From: Mycobacterium sp.
GTDB lineage: Bacteria; Actinomycetota; Actinomycetes; Mycobacteriales; Mycobacteriaceae
Direction: 5' to 3'
DNA: 64,000 nt
NCBI GenBank assembly: GCA_035505695.1
Contig: DATJQO010000016.1
Coordinates: forward strand, 627 to 64,626
In this document: positions 25,105 through 35,463 of the stretch, piece after piece
How positions within the stretch are numbered: the first letter of the stretch is position 1
Layout: every line of letters starts with the position of its first letter
The notes under the pieces: model-generated
Told to the model about the DNA's origin: nothing
The model's input: only the letters and a program-made list of their open reading frames with translations
Database searches by the model: none
Translations under genes and position numbers: made by a program

Positions 25105-26169
25105 GTGCTGGACTTGCGCGGGGACCCGATCGAGCTGACCGCGGCGTTGGTCGACATCCCCAGCGAATCGAGAAACGAAGCGCGCCTGGCCGATGCGGTG
25201 GAGGCCGCGCTGCGTGCCCAGACGTCCGGCTTCGAGATTGTCCGCAACGGCAACGCCGTGCTGGCGCGCACCCGGCGCCAGCGGCCGTCGCGGGTGCTGC
25301 TGGGCGGGCATCTGGACACCGTCCCGGTCACGGGAAACGTTCCCAGCCGTCGCGAAAACGGCGACCTGTACGGATGCGGCGCCGCGGACATGAAGTCGGG
25401 TGACGCGGTGTTCCTTCATCTGGCCGCCACAGTGGCCGCGCCCGTCCACGATCTGACGCTGGTGCTCTACGACTGTGAGGAAATCGACGCCGCGGCAAAC
25501 GGTTTGGGCCGCATCGAACGCGAGCTGCCCGATTGGTTGTCCGCGGATGTGGCGATCCTGGGCGAGCCCACCGGCGGCTACATCGAAGCCGGCTGCCAGG
25601 GCACGCTGCGGGTGGTGATCAGCGCGACTGGGACCCGTGCTCACTCGGCACGGTCCTGGTTGGGCGACAACGCCATTCACAAACTCGGCGCTGTCCTGCA
25701 GCGGCTGTCCGCATACCAGGCACGCACGGTCGACATCGACGGCTGCGTCTACCGCGAGGGCTTGTCGGCCGTGCGCGTCGACGGTGGCGTGGCGGGCAAC
25801 GTGATTCCCGATGCGGCTTCGGTGACCGTCAACTTCCGGTTTGCTCCCGACCGTTCGGTTTCCGCGGCACTCCAACACGTACATGAGGTATTCGACGGCC
25901 TCGACGTGCGCATCGAGCAGACCGACGCCGCAGCGGGCGCGATGCCCGGCCTGTCTCAACCTGCCGCCAAGGCGCTGGTCGAGGCCGCCGGCGGTCAGGT
26001 CAGGGCCAAGTACGGCTGGACGGACGTCTCACGTTTCGCCGCGAGAGGAGTACCGGCGGTCAATTTCGGGCCGGGTGACCCCAACCTGGCGCACCGTCGC
26101 GATGAACGGGTCCCGGTCGCCAACATCACCGCCGCGGTGGCCGTGCTGCGCGCCTACCTGACCGGCTAG
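25105..26169 (+). CDS. dapE: succinyl-diaminopimelate desuccinylase
   Basis: Starting at GTG (25105) gives 354 aa: [22 protein letters not shown]...HLDTVP...GAADMKSG... . It is an M20 peptidase and is divergent from dapD, as in other mycobacteria. Confidence 0.93.
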   Translation: MLDLRGDPIELTAALVDIPSESRNEARLADAVEAALRAQTSGFEIVRNGNAVLARTRRQRPSRVLLGGHLDTVPVTGNVPSRRENGDLYGCGAADMKSGDAVFLHLAATVAAPVHDLTLVLYDCEEIDAAANGLGRIERELPDWLSADVAILGEPTGGYIEAGCQGTLRVVISATGTRAHSARSWLGDNAIHKLGAVLQRLSAYQARTVDIDGCVYREGLSAVRVDGGVAGNVIPDAASVTVNFRFAPDRSVSAALQHVHEVFDGLDVRIEQTDAAAGAMPGLSQPAAKALVEAAGGQVRAKYGWTDVSRFAARGVPAVNFGPGDPNLAHRRDERVPVANITAAVAVLRAYLTG

Positions 26170-28286
26170 CGACACCGTTGAGCCTGCGCCGCGGCGTCGG
26201 CGGCGGCCGCGCGCATTCCGATCGTCGCGAAGTCGTCCGACACCGCCCGCAGCGCGGTTTCGTCACCGGCTGCCAGCGCGCGCGCCTGCGCGAGAGCCAA
26301 TTGGCCAAAAACGCAATCGATTTCGCGGCACAGACGGGTCAGCGGATCGACCGCACGGGTGTCGCCGAGCCGGACGGCTTCGTGCCAAGCGCGTAACGCC
26401 ACGGCACGCTGCCCGCCGCGTTCGGCCATGCGGGCAGCCTCGCGGGCGGCGGCCACCGCCCCGGGCGCGTCACGCATGACGGCCAGCCGCCATGCTTGGG
26501 CTACCCCGAGCTCCGGTGCGAACAACGCCGACTTGGTTCCGTGCCGAGATTCGGCTCTGCTCAACGCTTTTGCCGCCCCGGCGGTATCTCCCTGCTGGGC
26601 CAGCGCGGTGGCCAGCAGCATCAGTGACAGAGGCCCCCACGAGTAGCCGGTGCGTTGCAGGGTAGCGGCCGCCGGCCCGAGCAGCGCCGCGGCTTCGGCG
26701 AATGCTCCCTCGGCGATCAGCACGTGAGCCACCAGGACCTCGCCGATCGCGCGGCCAGGCTGTTGCAGTTCGGCGAAGTCGGTGAACTGCTCGGCCATTT
26801 CGCGGGCGCCGGCCAGCTGACCCGCCATCAACAAGGCGGTGGTCTGGCCGAGCCCGATGGTGAAGCGCAGCAGGCCGGGATGTTCGGCGGCCAAGGCCCG
26901 CTGCGCCAGCGGCTCGACCTCATCGAAGCGACCCTGCCGGGCCGAACACAGCGCGTGCGTACTGGCCGCCCAGGCGACCGCCTGGTCGTCGGCCCACGGC
27001 GACTCGAGCACCGCGCGAGCCGTTTTCACCGCGTGTCCGAAGTTGCCGGCGTTCATCGCGAACGTGGCGCTCAGCGCGTCGAGGGTAAGGCGCGGGCCCG
27101 CATCCGAGACCCGGTTACGCACCGTCCGCAGGAACGCGGTGGCGCGCTCCGGCTCGCTGAGCATCCAGAACTGGTTGGCCGCCCGCAGCAGGGCCCAGTC
27201 CATCAGCGCCGGTTCGGCCAACGCGGCCGAGTCGACGGCGGCCAGCACCGCATCGGCTTCACGTCCACGGCCCTGCCACCCCAGGGCATTCGCCAGCGCC
27301 AGCCGCGCCGCCAACCCGCCGGATCGGTCCAGTGCCGAGCGGGCAAGTCGCTCGCCGAGCGCGAGGTCGCCCAGTCGCAACGCCTCCTGCGCGGCAGCGA
27401 CCACCTCGGCGGCCAGCTGCGGGGTGTCGCTGTCCAACGCCAGGGACGCCAACCGCAACCGGTCGCTGGGATGGTCCGACGGATGCTGTCCCAGCAGTGT
27501 GACGAGCTCGCTCCGTCGGCGGCGCGCATCGTCGGCGCCCAGCGCGGCGCGCGCCCGCTCGGCGAACAGCGGGTGCGCCGTGTAGACGACTGGGTCATCT
27601 GAGGTTCCGCCGCGTACGCGAGCTTCCGCCGCGCCGAGATCCTCTGCCTCGCTCACCGCCCGGTCACCGGCCAGGACGCTCAGGTCGGCGAGCGACAGCG
27701 GCTCCTCGACGGCGAGGTAGTCCAGCACCGCCCGCGCGCCCTCGGGCAACTCGGCGATGAAGGTGTCCAGCTCGGCCGGCGTGGTTGCGTCGCCCGACGC
27801 CTCGACGTCGATCCGATCCAGCAGGCCATCGGTCCACAGCGCCGCGATGGCGTGCGGCGCTGAGTCGGCGCGGGCGGTGACGATCATCCGGGCCGCGCCG
27901 GCCAGCGCCAATTGGTACACCAGGGTGCCCGACAGGACGTCCAGCTCGTGGGCATCGTCGACCACCAGCAGCAGATTGTCATCGGCGAGGGAAGCCCGGG
28001 CCGCTCGCAGCAGCGCGGCCGGCTTGCCCACGTCAGCGATTCGGACCAGGTGGCTGAACGCCCCGAACGGCACCGCGCGCTCGGTCGGGGTGCCGGTGAC
28101 CCAACGGGTGAGGGTGCCGGGGTGCTGGCTGGCGTAGCTTTCTGCCGCCAATCGGGCCAGCGTGGATTTGCCGACGCCGTCGGGTCCGAGCACGACAGCG
28201 CCGGTCCGCGGCGCCGGGTCACGCAGCGAAGCGGTGAGCCGCTGCAAGGCCGCCGCGTGTCGGGGGACGTTCCATCGAATCGGCAC
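26166..28286 (-). CDS. large P-loop ATPase with helical repeat C-terminus (Rv1204c-like position)
   Basis: 706 aa. The Walker A is [11 protein letters not shown] and the Walker B-like motif is [12 protein letters not shown], followed by a long Ala/Leu-rich helical region. No clear HTH. Its stop overlaps the dapE stop by 4 nt (convergent). Confidence 0.8.
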   Translation of the reverse strand: MPIRWNVPRHAAALQRLTASLRDPAPRTGAVVLGPDGVGKSTLARLAAESYASQHPGTLTRWVTGTPTERAVPFGAFSHLVRIADVGKPAALLRAARASLADDNLLLVVDDAHELDVLSGTLVYQLALAGAARMIVTARADSAPHAIAALWTDGLLDRIDVEASGDATTPAELDTFIAELPEGARAVLDYLAVEEPLSLADLSVLAGDRAVSEAEDLGAAEARVRGGTSDDPVVYTAHPLFAERARAALGADDARRRRSELVTLLGQHPSDHPSDRLRLASLALDSDTPQLAAEVVAAAQEALRLGDLALGERLARSALDRSGGLAARLALANALGWQGRGREADAVLAAVDSAALAEPALMDWALLRAANQFWMLSEPERATAFLRTVRNRVSDAGPRLTLDALSATFAMNAGNFGHAVKTARAVLESPWADDQAVAWAASTHALCSARQGRFDEVEPLAQRALAAEHPGLLRFTIGLGQTTALLMAGQLAGAREMAEQFTDFAELQQPGRAIGEVLVAHVLIAEGAFAEAAALLGPAAATLQRTGYSWGPLSLMLLATALAQQGDTAGAAKALSRAESRHGTKSALFAPELGVAQAWRLAVMRDAPGAVAAAREAARMAERGGQRAVALRAWHEAVRLGDTRAVDPLTRLCREIDCVFGQLALAQARALAAGDETALRAVSDDFATIGMRAAAADAAAQAQRCR

Positions 28287-28365
28287 TGCCGGATTTTATG
28301 GCGCCCGATGCCGGCGGCGGGCCGAAAGCCCTACATGTGACGGGTGATAAGGGATTGGTCTACCT

Positions 28366-28938
28366 TTGGCGGATATGGGCCCGGCACCCGATTCGTCACC
28401 CGATTGGGCGGTGTGTGTGTACTGCGCGTCCGGCCCGGAGCATCCCGAATTGCTTGCCGTCGCTGCCGAACTCGGCGAGGCGATCGCCGAGCGCGGCTGG
28501 ACCCTAGTGTGGGGCGGCGGGCGTGTTTCGGCAATGGGCGCGGTGGCAAGTGCGGCGCGGGCCCGCGGTGGCAAGACCGTCGGCGTCATCCCGCGAATCT
28601 TGATGCGGCACGAGATCGCCGACGCAGACGCCGACGAGCTGGTCGTCAGCGAGACGATGCGTGTGCGCAAGCAAGTGATGGAAGACCGCGCCGATGCGTT
28701 CATCGTGCTCCCGGGCGGCGTCGGCACGCTGGACGAGCTACTGGATGCGTGGACCACAGGTTATCTGGGTCTACACCGCAAACCCATCGTCATGCTGGAT
28801 CCGCTGGGGCATTACGAGGGCCTGTGGATCTGGTTGTGCGGATTGCTGGACAGCGGTTACATCTCCCAGACCGCCATGGACCGGTTGATGCTGGTCGACA
28901 AGGTCAGTGCGGCCGTGGAGGCGTGTGCGCCCGCCTGA
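28366..28938 (+). CDS. LOG-family cytokinin riboside 5'-monophosphate phosphoribohydrolase (Rv1205-like)
   Basis: 190 aa. Motifs are VWGGGRVSAMG and PGGVGTLDEL (the PGGxGTxxE signature). Confidence 0.9.
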   Translation: MADMGPAPDSSPDWAVCVYCASGPEHPELLAVAAELGEAIAERGWTLVWGGGRVSAMGAVASAARARGGKTVGVIPRILMRHEIADADADELVVSETMRVRKQVMEDRADAFIVLPGGVGTLDELLDAWTTGYLGLHRKPIVMLDPLGHYEGLWIWLCGLLDSGYISQTAMDRLMLVDKVSAAVEACAPA

Positions 28939-29009
28939 GCCGCCCGCGACCTGTTGCCACCTATTAGGCTGTCCGCCGAGCTTCTAGTTTTCACGGAATC
29001 GAGGAGTAC

Positions 29010-30794
29010 GTGTCCGATCACGATGGGGGAGGGCGTACGGCGGTCGGCCTGACCGATATCGCCTCGCGGGTGCCGGGCCTACTGGCCGACATGCCGGTGA
29101 TCATGCGTGGGGCGTTGACCGGGTTGCTCGCCCGACCGACCTCCAGAAAGTCGATCGGCACGGTCTTTCAAGACCGGGCCGCGCGCTACGGCGACCGGAT
29201 TTTCCTGCGATTCGGCGACCAGGAGCTGAGTTACCGCGACGCCAACGCGACCACCAATAGGTACGCCGCGGTGCTGGCCGCGCGCGGCGTGGGCAAGGGC
29301 GACGTGGTGGGCATCATGCTGCGCAACTCGCCCAACACCGTGCTGGCGATGCTGGCGGCGGTCAAGTGCGGTGCCGTCGGCGGCATGCTCAACTACCACC
29401 AGCGCGGCGAGGTGCTGGCGCATAGCCTGGGACTGCTCAAAGCCAAGGTGTTGATTGCCGAGACCGACCTGGTCAGCGCGGTAGCCGAATGCGGCGGCGC
29501 GGGCGATACCGAGGTGCTCACCGTCGAGGATCTGGAGCGATTCGCCCAGAGCGCTCCGGCCACCAATCCGGCGTCGGCGTCGGCAGTGCTGGCCAAAGAC
29601 ACCGCGTTCTACATCTTCACCTCGGGCACCACGGGATTTCCGAAGGCCAGCGTGATGACGCACCTGCGCTGGCTGAAGGCGCTCGCCGCATTCGGAGGCG
29701 TGGGGCTGCGGCTGAAGAGCTCCGACACCCTGTACAGCTGCCTGCCGCTCTACCACAACAATGCGCTGACGGTTGCGCTGTCGTCGGCGATCAACTCCGG
29801 CGCGACGCTGGCGATCGGCAACTCGTTCTCGGCGTCGAAGTTCTGGGACGAGGTGATTGCCAGCCAGGCGACCGCGTTCATCTACATCGGCGAGATCTGC
29901 CGGTATCTAGTCAACCAGCCGCCCAAGTCGACCGACCGGGCGCACCAGGTGCGCGTGATCGCCGGCAACGGCCTGCGGCCAGAGATCTGGGACGAGTTCA
30001 CCGAGCGATTCGGCATCCCGCGCATCTGCGAGTTCTACGCTTCGAGCGAGGGCAACACCGCTTTCATCAACGTCTTCAACGTGCCGCGCAGCACCGGCGT
30101 CTTTCCGATGCCGCTGGCCTACGTGGAATACGACCCTGAAACCGGCGCCCCGCTGCGTGACGAGGACGGACGGGTGCGTCGGGTGCCGCCCGGTGAGCCG
30201 GGACTGCTGCTCAGCCCCGTCAACCGGTTGCAGCCGTTCGACGGCTACACCGACAAAGAGTCGAGCGAAAAGAAACTGGTCCGCAACGCGTTTCGCGAGG
30301 GCGACGTCTGGTTCAACTCGGGCGACGTGATGAGCCCGCAGGGCATGGGTCACGCCGCGTTCGTCGACCGGCTCGGCGACACCTTCCGCTGGAAGAGCGA
30401 GAACGTCGCCACCACCCAGGTGGAAGCGGCGCTGGCGTCGGACAAGTCGGTCGAGGAGTGCACCGTCTTCGGCGTCGAGATTCCCCGCACCGGCGGTCGC
30501 GCCGGGATGGCGACGGTCCAGCTGCGCGACGGCGCCGAGTTCGACGGCAAGTCTTTGGCCCGCGCCGTCTACGGCCAGCTGCCCGCCTATGCGCTGCCAT
30601 TGTTCGTCCGGGTGGTGAAGTCGCTCGAGCACACGACGACGTTCAAGAGCCGCAAGGTCGAGTTGCGTGAGCAGGGCTACGGTCCCGACGTGAAGGACCC
30701 ACTGTATGTGCTGGCCGGGCGCGAGGAGGGCTACGTTCCCTATTACGACGAGTACCCCGACGAAGTGGCCTCGGGTAAGCGACCGCAAGGCTGA
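29010..30794 (+). CDS. fadD6: long-chain fatty-acid-CoA ligase / FATP-like
   Basis: 594 aa. Motifs are FTSGTTGFPKAS and FNSGD...FVDRLGDTFRWKSENV (the very-long-chain acyl-CoA synthetase/FATP signature). Its position before folP2 matches Rv1206. Confidence 0.88.
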   Translation: MSDHDGGGRTAVGLTDIASRVPGLLADMPVIMRGALTGLLARPTSRKSIGTVFQDRAARYGDRIFLRFGDQELSYRDANATTNRYAAVLAARGVGKGDVVGIMLRNSPNTVLAMLAAVKCGAVGGMLNYHQRGEVLAHSLGLLKAKVLIAETDLVSAVAECGGAGDTEVLTVEDLERFAQSAPATNPASASAVLAKDTAFYIFTSGTTGFPKASVMTHLRWLKALAAFGGVGLRLKSSDTLYSCLPLYHNNALTVALSSAINSGATLAIGNSFSASKFWDEVIASQATAFIYIGEICRYLVNQPPKSTDRAHQVRVIAGNGLRPEIWDEFTERFGIPRICEFYASSEGNTAFINVFNVPRSTGVFPMPLAYVEYDPETGAPLRDEDGRVRRVPPGEPGLLLSPVNRLQPFDGYTDKESSEKKLVRNAFREGDVWFNSGDVMSPQGMGHAAFVDRLGDTFRWKSENVATTQVEAALASDKSVEECTVFGVEIPRTGGRAGMATVQLRDGAEFDGKSLARAVYGQLPAYALPLFVRVVKSLEHTTTFKSRKVELREQGYGPDVKDPLYVLAGREEGYVPYYDEYPDEVASGKRPQG

Positions 30795-30880
30795 GTGCGC
30801 GTCGGCTGTGCGGCCAGCCGCACCTTCGGCGTCGACCGTGCCGCTGGCCGCACGCTCGTCCCCGGGCCGCACACCAAGCG

Positions 30881-31777
30881 GTGACCGGGCACCATATAGC
30901 TGTGCAGTCAACTTTGTGCGGCCGGCCGGTCGCAGCCAATCGCCCGCTGATTATGGCAATCATCAACCGCACCCCGGACTCGTTTTTTGACCACGGTGCG
31001 ACCTTCAGCGACGAGGCTGCCAGGGCCGCCGCACACCGCGCCGTGGCCGAAGGCGCCGACGTCATCGACGTCGGCGGTGTCAAAGCGGGCCCCGGCCACG
31101 AGGTCGATGCGGACACCGAGATCGCCCGGCTGGTGCCCTTCATCGAATGGCTGCGCGACGCCTATCCGGACCAGCTGATCAGCGTCGATACCTGGCGCTC
31201 GGAAGTTGCCAAGCTGGCCTGCGCGGTGGGAGCCGACTTGATCAACGACACCTGGGGTGGCATTGACCCGGCCCTGCCCGAGGTGGCCGCCGAGTTCGGC
31301 GCCGGTCTGGTGTGCTCGCATACCGGCGGCGCGCGACCCCGCACGCGTCCGTTCCGGGTGAGCTACGGAACCACCACCCGCGGCGTGGTTGACGATGTCA
31401 TTCGCCAAGTGACCGCCGCCGCCGAGCGGGCGGTCGGGCTGGGAGTGGCCCGGGACCGGGTGCTGATCGACCCGGCCCACGATTTCGGCAAGAACACCTT
31501 CCACGGGTTGATGCTGTTGCGCCACGCCCGCGATCTTGTGAATACCGGATGGCCGGTTCTCATGGCTCTGAGTAACAAGGACTTTGTCGGGGAGACTCTG
31601 GGGGTGGGTGTGACCGAGCGGCTGGAGGGAACGTTGGCGGCCACCGCGCTGGCTGCGGCCGCGGGTGTGCGAATGTTTCGCGTGCACCAGGTCGCGGCCA
31701 CGCGACGGGTGCTGGAGATGGTGGCCTCGATCCAGGGAACACGTGCGCCGGCGAGCGTGGTGAGGGGACTGGCATGA
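30881..31777 (+). CDS. folP2: dihydropteroate synthase paralogue
   Basis: The pterin-binding domain (MAIINRTPDSFFD...DVIDVGG...LINDTWGG...SNKDFVGE) is almost colinear with Rv1207 as I remember it. The exact start is uncertain. Confidence 0.88.
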   Translation: MTGHHIAVQSTLCGRPVAANRPLIMAIINRTPDSFFDHGATFSDEAARAAAHRAVAEGADVIDVGGVKAGPGHEVDADTEIARLVPFIEWLRDAYPDQLISVDTWRSEVAKLACAVGADLINDTWGGIDPALPEVAAEFGAGLVCSHTGGARPRTRPFRVSYGTTTRGVVDDVIRQVTAAAERAVGLGVARDRVLIDPAHDFGKNTFHGLMLLRHARDLVNTGWPVLMALSNKDFVGETLGVGVTERLEGTLAATALAAAAGVRMFRVHQVAATRRVLEMVASIQGTRAPASVVRGLA

Positions 31778-32772
31778 CGGCATCGGACCTGGTGGCAGGC
31801 GATCTCACCAACGACGGAGTGCTTGCCGCCCGTCCCGGAGACGCCTGGCTGTCCAACCGCAGCTGGAGTCGTCCCAGCTGGAGCGTCGCCGAACTGGAAG
31901 CCGCCAAGGCCGGGCGGACCATCTCGGTGGTGCTGCCGGCGCTCGACGAAGAAGAAACTATCGGATCGGTGATTGGGAGCATCTCACCGCTGGTGGATGG
32001 CTTGGTTGACGAGCTGATCGTGCTCGACTCCGGCTCGACCGACGACACCGAGATCCGTGCCGTCGCCGCCGGTGCCCGTGTCGTCAGCCGTGAGCAGGCG
32101 TTGCCCGAGGTGCCGATACGACCGGGTAAGGGCGAGGCGCTGTGGCGCTCGCTCGCGGCTACCAGCGGTGACATCGTGGTGTTCGTCGATTCCGACCTGA
32201 TCGACCCGTACCCCATGTTCGTGCCGTGGCTGGTCGGCCCGCTGCTCACCGGCGACGGCATCCACCTGGTCAAAAGCTTTTACCGGCGACCGCTGAATGT
32301 CGGCGATGCGGGCGGCACCGCGAGTGCCACCGGTGGTGGGCGGGTCACCGAGCTGGTGGCCCGCCCGCTGCTTGCCGCGCTGCGGCCGGAGCTGGGCTGC
32401 ATGCTGCAGCCGCTCGGCGGCGAATACGCGGCCACCCGGGAACTGTTGACGTCGGTGCCGTTCGCCCCGGGCTACGGTGTGGAAATCGGCCTGCTGGTGG
32501 ACACCTTCGACCGGCTGGGCCTGGATGCGATCGCCCAGGTCAATCTGGGTGTCCGCGCACACCGCAACCGCCCGCTGGGTGAGCTGGGCGCGATGAGTCG
32601 CCAGGTCATCGCGACCCTGCTCTCGCGCTGCGGGATTCCCGACTCCGGCGTCGGGTTGACCCAGTTCGTCGTCCTTGAGCCTGAAGGGCCCGATGGTCAG
32701 AGCTATACGCAGCACACCTGGCCGGTGTCGCTCGCGGACCGCCCGCCCATGAAAGTGCTCAGACCTCGGTGA
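31774..32772 (+). CDS. gpgS: glucosyl-3-phosphoglycerate synthase
   Basis: 332 aa, GT-A fold, with ISVVLPALDEEETIG and the DSD motif. An ATGA overlap links it to folP2. The position matches Rv1208. Confidence 0.9.
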   Translation: MTASDLVAGDLTNDGVLAARPGDAWLSNRSWSRPSWSVAELEAAKAGRTISVVLPALDEEETIGSVIGSISPLVDGLVDELIVLDSGSTDDTEIRAVAAGARVVSREQALPEVPIRPGKGEALWRSLAATSGDIVVFVDSDLIDPYPMFVPWLVGPLLTGDGIHLVKSFYRRPLNVGDAGGTASATGGGRVTELVARPLLAALRPELGCMLQPLGGEYAATRELLTSVPFAPGYGVEIGLLVDTFDRLGLDAIAQVNLGVRAHRNRPLGELGAMSRQVIATLLSRCGIPDSGVGLTQFVVLEPEGPDGQSYTQHTWPVSLADRPPMKVLRPR

Positions 32773-32819
32773 GCCACGCTGATCGTCCGGTGTCGGCGGG
32801 ATAGGGCAATATCGTTCGC

Positions 32820-33197
32820 GTGGCGTTGGTGTTGCTGTACCTGGTGGTGCTGGTGCTGGTGGCGATCGTGCTGTTCGGTGCGGCCAGCCTGCTGTTCGGT
32901 CGTGGTGAGCAGCTGCCGCCCTTGCCGCGGGGCACCACAGCCACCGTCTTGCCCGCGTACGGTGTGACCGGCGCCGACGTCGACGCCGTCAAGTTCACCC
33001 AAGTGCTGCGCGGCTACAAGACCAGCGAGGTGGACTGGGTACTGGACCGGCTCGCCCGTGAGCTCGAGGCATTACGCGGTCAGCTGGCCGCCGTCGACGC
33101 CGCACCGCCCGGTGAGGCTGATCTCGAGGCCGAGCGCCCAGACGCCCCGAACACCGATCACAGCCCGGACATTGGTGAGCGTCAGGATCTGACGTGA
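32820..33197 (+). CDS. small membrane-anchored DivIVA-motif protein (Rv1209-like)
   Basis: It has an N-terminal TM helix (LLYLVVLVLVAIVLFGAASLLF) followed by KFTQVLRGYKTSEVDWVLDRLARELEALRGQL. Confidence 0.7.
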   Translation: MALVLLYLVVLVLVAIVLFGAASLLFGRGEQLPPLPRGTTATVLPAYGVTGADVDAVKFTQVLRGYKTSEVDWVLDRLARELEALRGQLAAVDAAPPGEADLEAERPDAPNTDHSPDIGERQDLT

Positions 33198-33775
33198 GCG
33201 ATGATGTCCTGGTTCGCTGCGGCTGGGCGGAGATTCGGCCCGGGAGCGACTTCGAGCTGTACCGCGACTACCACGATCAGGAGTGGGGCCGCCCGGTGCG
33301 CGACGGGGTGGCGTTGTTCGAGCGGTTGAGCCTAGAGGCCTTTCAGAGCGGGCTGTCGTGGCTGGTCATCCTGCGTAAACGCGAGAATTTCCGGCGCGCG
33401 TTCGCTCGGTTCGACATCGAGCAGGTCGCCGGATACACCGACGCCGACGTGCAACGGCTGATGGCGTACGACGGAATCGTCCGCAACCGGGCCAAGATCG
33501 AGGCAACCATCGCCAACGCGCGCGCCGCCGCCGAGCTGGGAACCCCGATGGGGCTGGCGGAGCTGCTGTGGTCATTTGCGCCGTCACCGCGGCCCCGCCC
33601 GGCCCACGGCTTCGAAATCCCTTCGGCCACTGCCGAATCGCAAGCGATGGCGCGCGAACTGAAACGGCGTGGATTCCGCTTCGTCGGGCCAACCATCGCT
33701 TACGCGTTGATGCAGGCAACCGGCATGGTCGATGACCACATTCGCGATTGCTGGGTTCCTATGGCGGCCCGATAA
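33194..33775 (+). CDS. tagA: DNA-3-methyladenine glycosylase I
   Basis: 193 aa with YHDQEWGRPV...FERLSLEAFQSGLSW...ILRKRENFR. A GTGA overlap links it to the upstream gene. Confidence 0.92.
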   Translation: MSDDVLVRCGWAEIRPGSDFELYRDYHDQEWGRPVRDGVALFERLSLEAFQSGLSWLVILRKRENFRRAFARFDIEQVAGYTDADVQRLMAYDGIVRNRAKIEATIANARAAAELGTPMGLAELLWSFAPSPRPRPAHGFEIPSATAESQAMARELKRRGFRFVGPTIAYALMQATGMVDDHIRDCWVPMAAR

Positions 33776-33941
33776 GACCCGAGAACCGGGTCTTTGTACA
33801 ACTCGTGACCTGGATAGGGAACAATGGAGGGGTGATTTGGCAGTTCGATGCCGGGTGTGGCTGGAAATTCGCTGGCGGGGCATGCTCGGTGCCGACCAGG
33901 TCCGCGACGGCGGGCCGGCTCGAACCTGGAGGGAGCACTCG

Positions 33942-34115
33942 ATGGCGGCGATGAAGCCCCGGACCGGCGACGGTCCTCTGGAAGCAACCAAGGAGGGGCG
34001 CGGCATCGTGATGCGGGTACCACTTGAGGGAGGCGGTCGACTGGTCGTTGAGCTGACGCCGGACGAAGCCGCCGCCCTCAGTGACGAACTCAAGGGTGTT
34101 ACGAGTTCGAGCTAA
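33942..34115 (+). CDS. small conserved protein (Rv1211-like)
   Basis: ATG at 33942 follows GGAGGGAG. MAAMKPRTGDGPLEATKEGRGIVMRVPLEGGGRLVVELTPDEAAALSDELKGV is near-identical to my recollection of Rv1211. Confidence 0.8.
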   Translation: MAAMKPRTGDGPLEATKEGRGIVMRVPLEGGGRLVVELTPDEAAALSDELKGVTSSS

Positions 34116-34145
34116 GGCCCCGCTGCCGGACCACCGTCTGCGGCG

Positions 34146-35309
34146 CTAAGTGCACACCTTCCGATAGATTTCCAGGGTCTGCTCGGCGACGTGGGCCCAG
34201 GAGAATTCCTCGATGCAGCGCTGGCGTCCGGCTTGGCCGTAGCGCCGGGCTTTCGCCGGGTCGGCGACGAGTTCATTGACCGCTGCGGCCAACCTCGCCT
34301 GGTAACCGGTCGGGTCGCCGGCGTCATAATGCACCAATGAGCCGGTGATCCCGTCGACGACAACCTCCGGTATCCCGCCGACGTCGGAGGCCACCACCGC
34401 AGTCGCGCAGGCCATCGCCTCAAGGTTGACGATGCCCAGCGGTTCATACACCGAGGGGCATACGAAAACTGTTGCTGCAGAGAGTATTTCACGTAGCTCC
34501 CCGGTGGGAAGCATTTCCCGGATCCAGAACACCCCGTCGCGACTGCGGGCCAGCCTGGCCACCGCGGCCCCGACCTCGTCGGCTATCTCAGGGGTATCAG
34601 GCGCACCGGCGCACAGCACCAGCTGCACTCCGGGGCTGAACTGGTGTGCCGCCGCCACCAGGTGACTGACGCCTTTCTGCCGAGTGATGCGCCCAACGAA
34701 AGCCACCATCGGTCGGTGCGGGTCGACGCCGAGTTCGGCCAGCACCGAGCCGCTTTGCACCGGCCCGGCCGGATGCCAGACATCGGTGTCGATTCCGTTG
34801 CGGATGACGTGCACCAGGCTGGGGTCCAGCGCGGGGTAGACCCGCAGAATGTCTTCTCGCATCGCGGCGCTGACCGCGATGATGGCCCGGGCGGCCAGCA
34901 CCGCGGTTTGCTCCACCCACGTCGACACGCGATAGCCGCCGCCGAGTTGTTCGGCCTTCCATGGCCGCAGCGGCTCCAGCGAATGCGCGGTCAAAACGTG
35001 CGGAATGTCGTAGAGCAACGCGGCCAAGTGGCCGGCCATCCCGGTGTACCAGGTGTGTGAATGCACCACAGTGGCAGCCGACACCCCGTTGGCCATCATC
35101 AGGTCCGCCGACAATGTCGACAGGGCGGCGTTGGCATGCCCCAACCGCGGATCGGGCTGATGGACGAAGGCGTTCGGCCGCGGCGCGCCCATGCAATGCA
35201 CATCTACCGCGCATAATCGGCGCAGATGGGTAACCAGTTCAGTGACGTGTACTCCGGCTCCCCCGTAGACCTCTGGTGGGTACTCCCTAGTCATCATCGC
35301 CACCTGCAT
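34146..35309 (-). CDS. glgA: GT4 alpha-glucosyltransferase (ADP-glucose-dependent maltose-1-phosphate synthase type)
   Basis: Starting at the internal ATG (35309) gives 387 aa: MQVAMMTREYPPEVYGGAGVHVTEL...EPLGIVNLEAMACATAVVASDVGGIPEVV. It is colinear with Rv1212c (GlgM). Confidence 0.93.
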   Translation of the reverse strand: MQVAMMTREYPPEVYGGAGVHVTELVTHLRRLCAVDVHCMGAPRPNAFVHQPDPRLGHANAALSTLSADLMMANGVSAATVVHSHTWYTGMAGHLAALLYDIPHVLTAHSLEPLRPWKAEQLGGGYRVSTWVEQTAVLAARAIIAVSAAMREDILRVYPALDPSLVHVIRNGIDTDVWHPAGPVQSGSVLAELGVDPHRPMVAFVGRITRQKGVSHLVAAAHQFSPGVQLVLCAGAPDTPEIADEVGAAVARLARSRDGVFWIREMLPTGELREILSAATVFVCPSVYEPLGIVNLEAMACATAVVASDVGGIPEVVVDGITGSLVHYDAGDPTGYQARLAAAVNELVADPAKARRYGQAGRQRCIEEFSWAHVAEQTLEIYRKVCT

Positions 35310-35463
35310 ACCCGCACCGTAGTTCGGTGACGACAGGGCCCGCGAGTCGGGCCTGTCAATCGTGACCGGCTCGCGGATTACCTTGACGGACAGCCGCACA
35401 GAACGTGGCGAAATAGCACAATGCCCCTGGCAGCGCCCCGCGGCGGCCGATAGGTTTGACACC

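Noticed and set aside
24115-25959. 614-aa minus-strand ORF
   Set aside because: Only the C-terminal 314 codons, from GTG 25059, match DapD. The upstream part is antisense to dapE and has no protein-like composition.
24124-26169. 681-aa plus-strand ORF spanning the dapD-dapE region
   Set aside because: Only the last 354 codons, from GTG 25105, match DapE. The first half is antisense to dapD and is Arg/Gly/Pro-rich read-through typical of stop-poor high-GC DNA.
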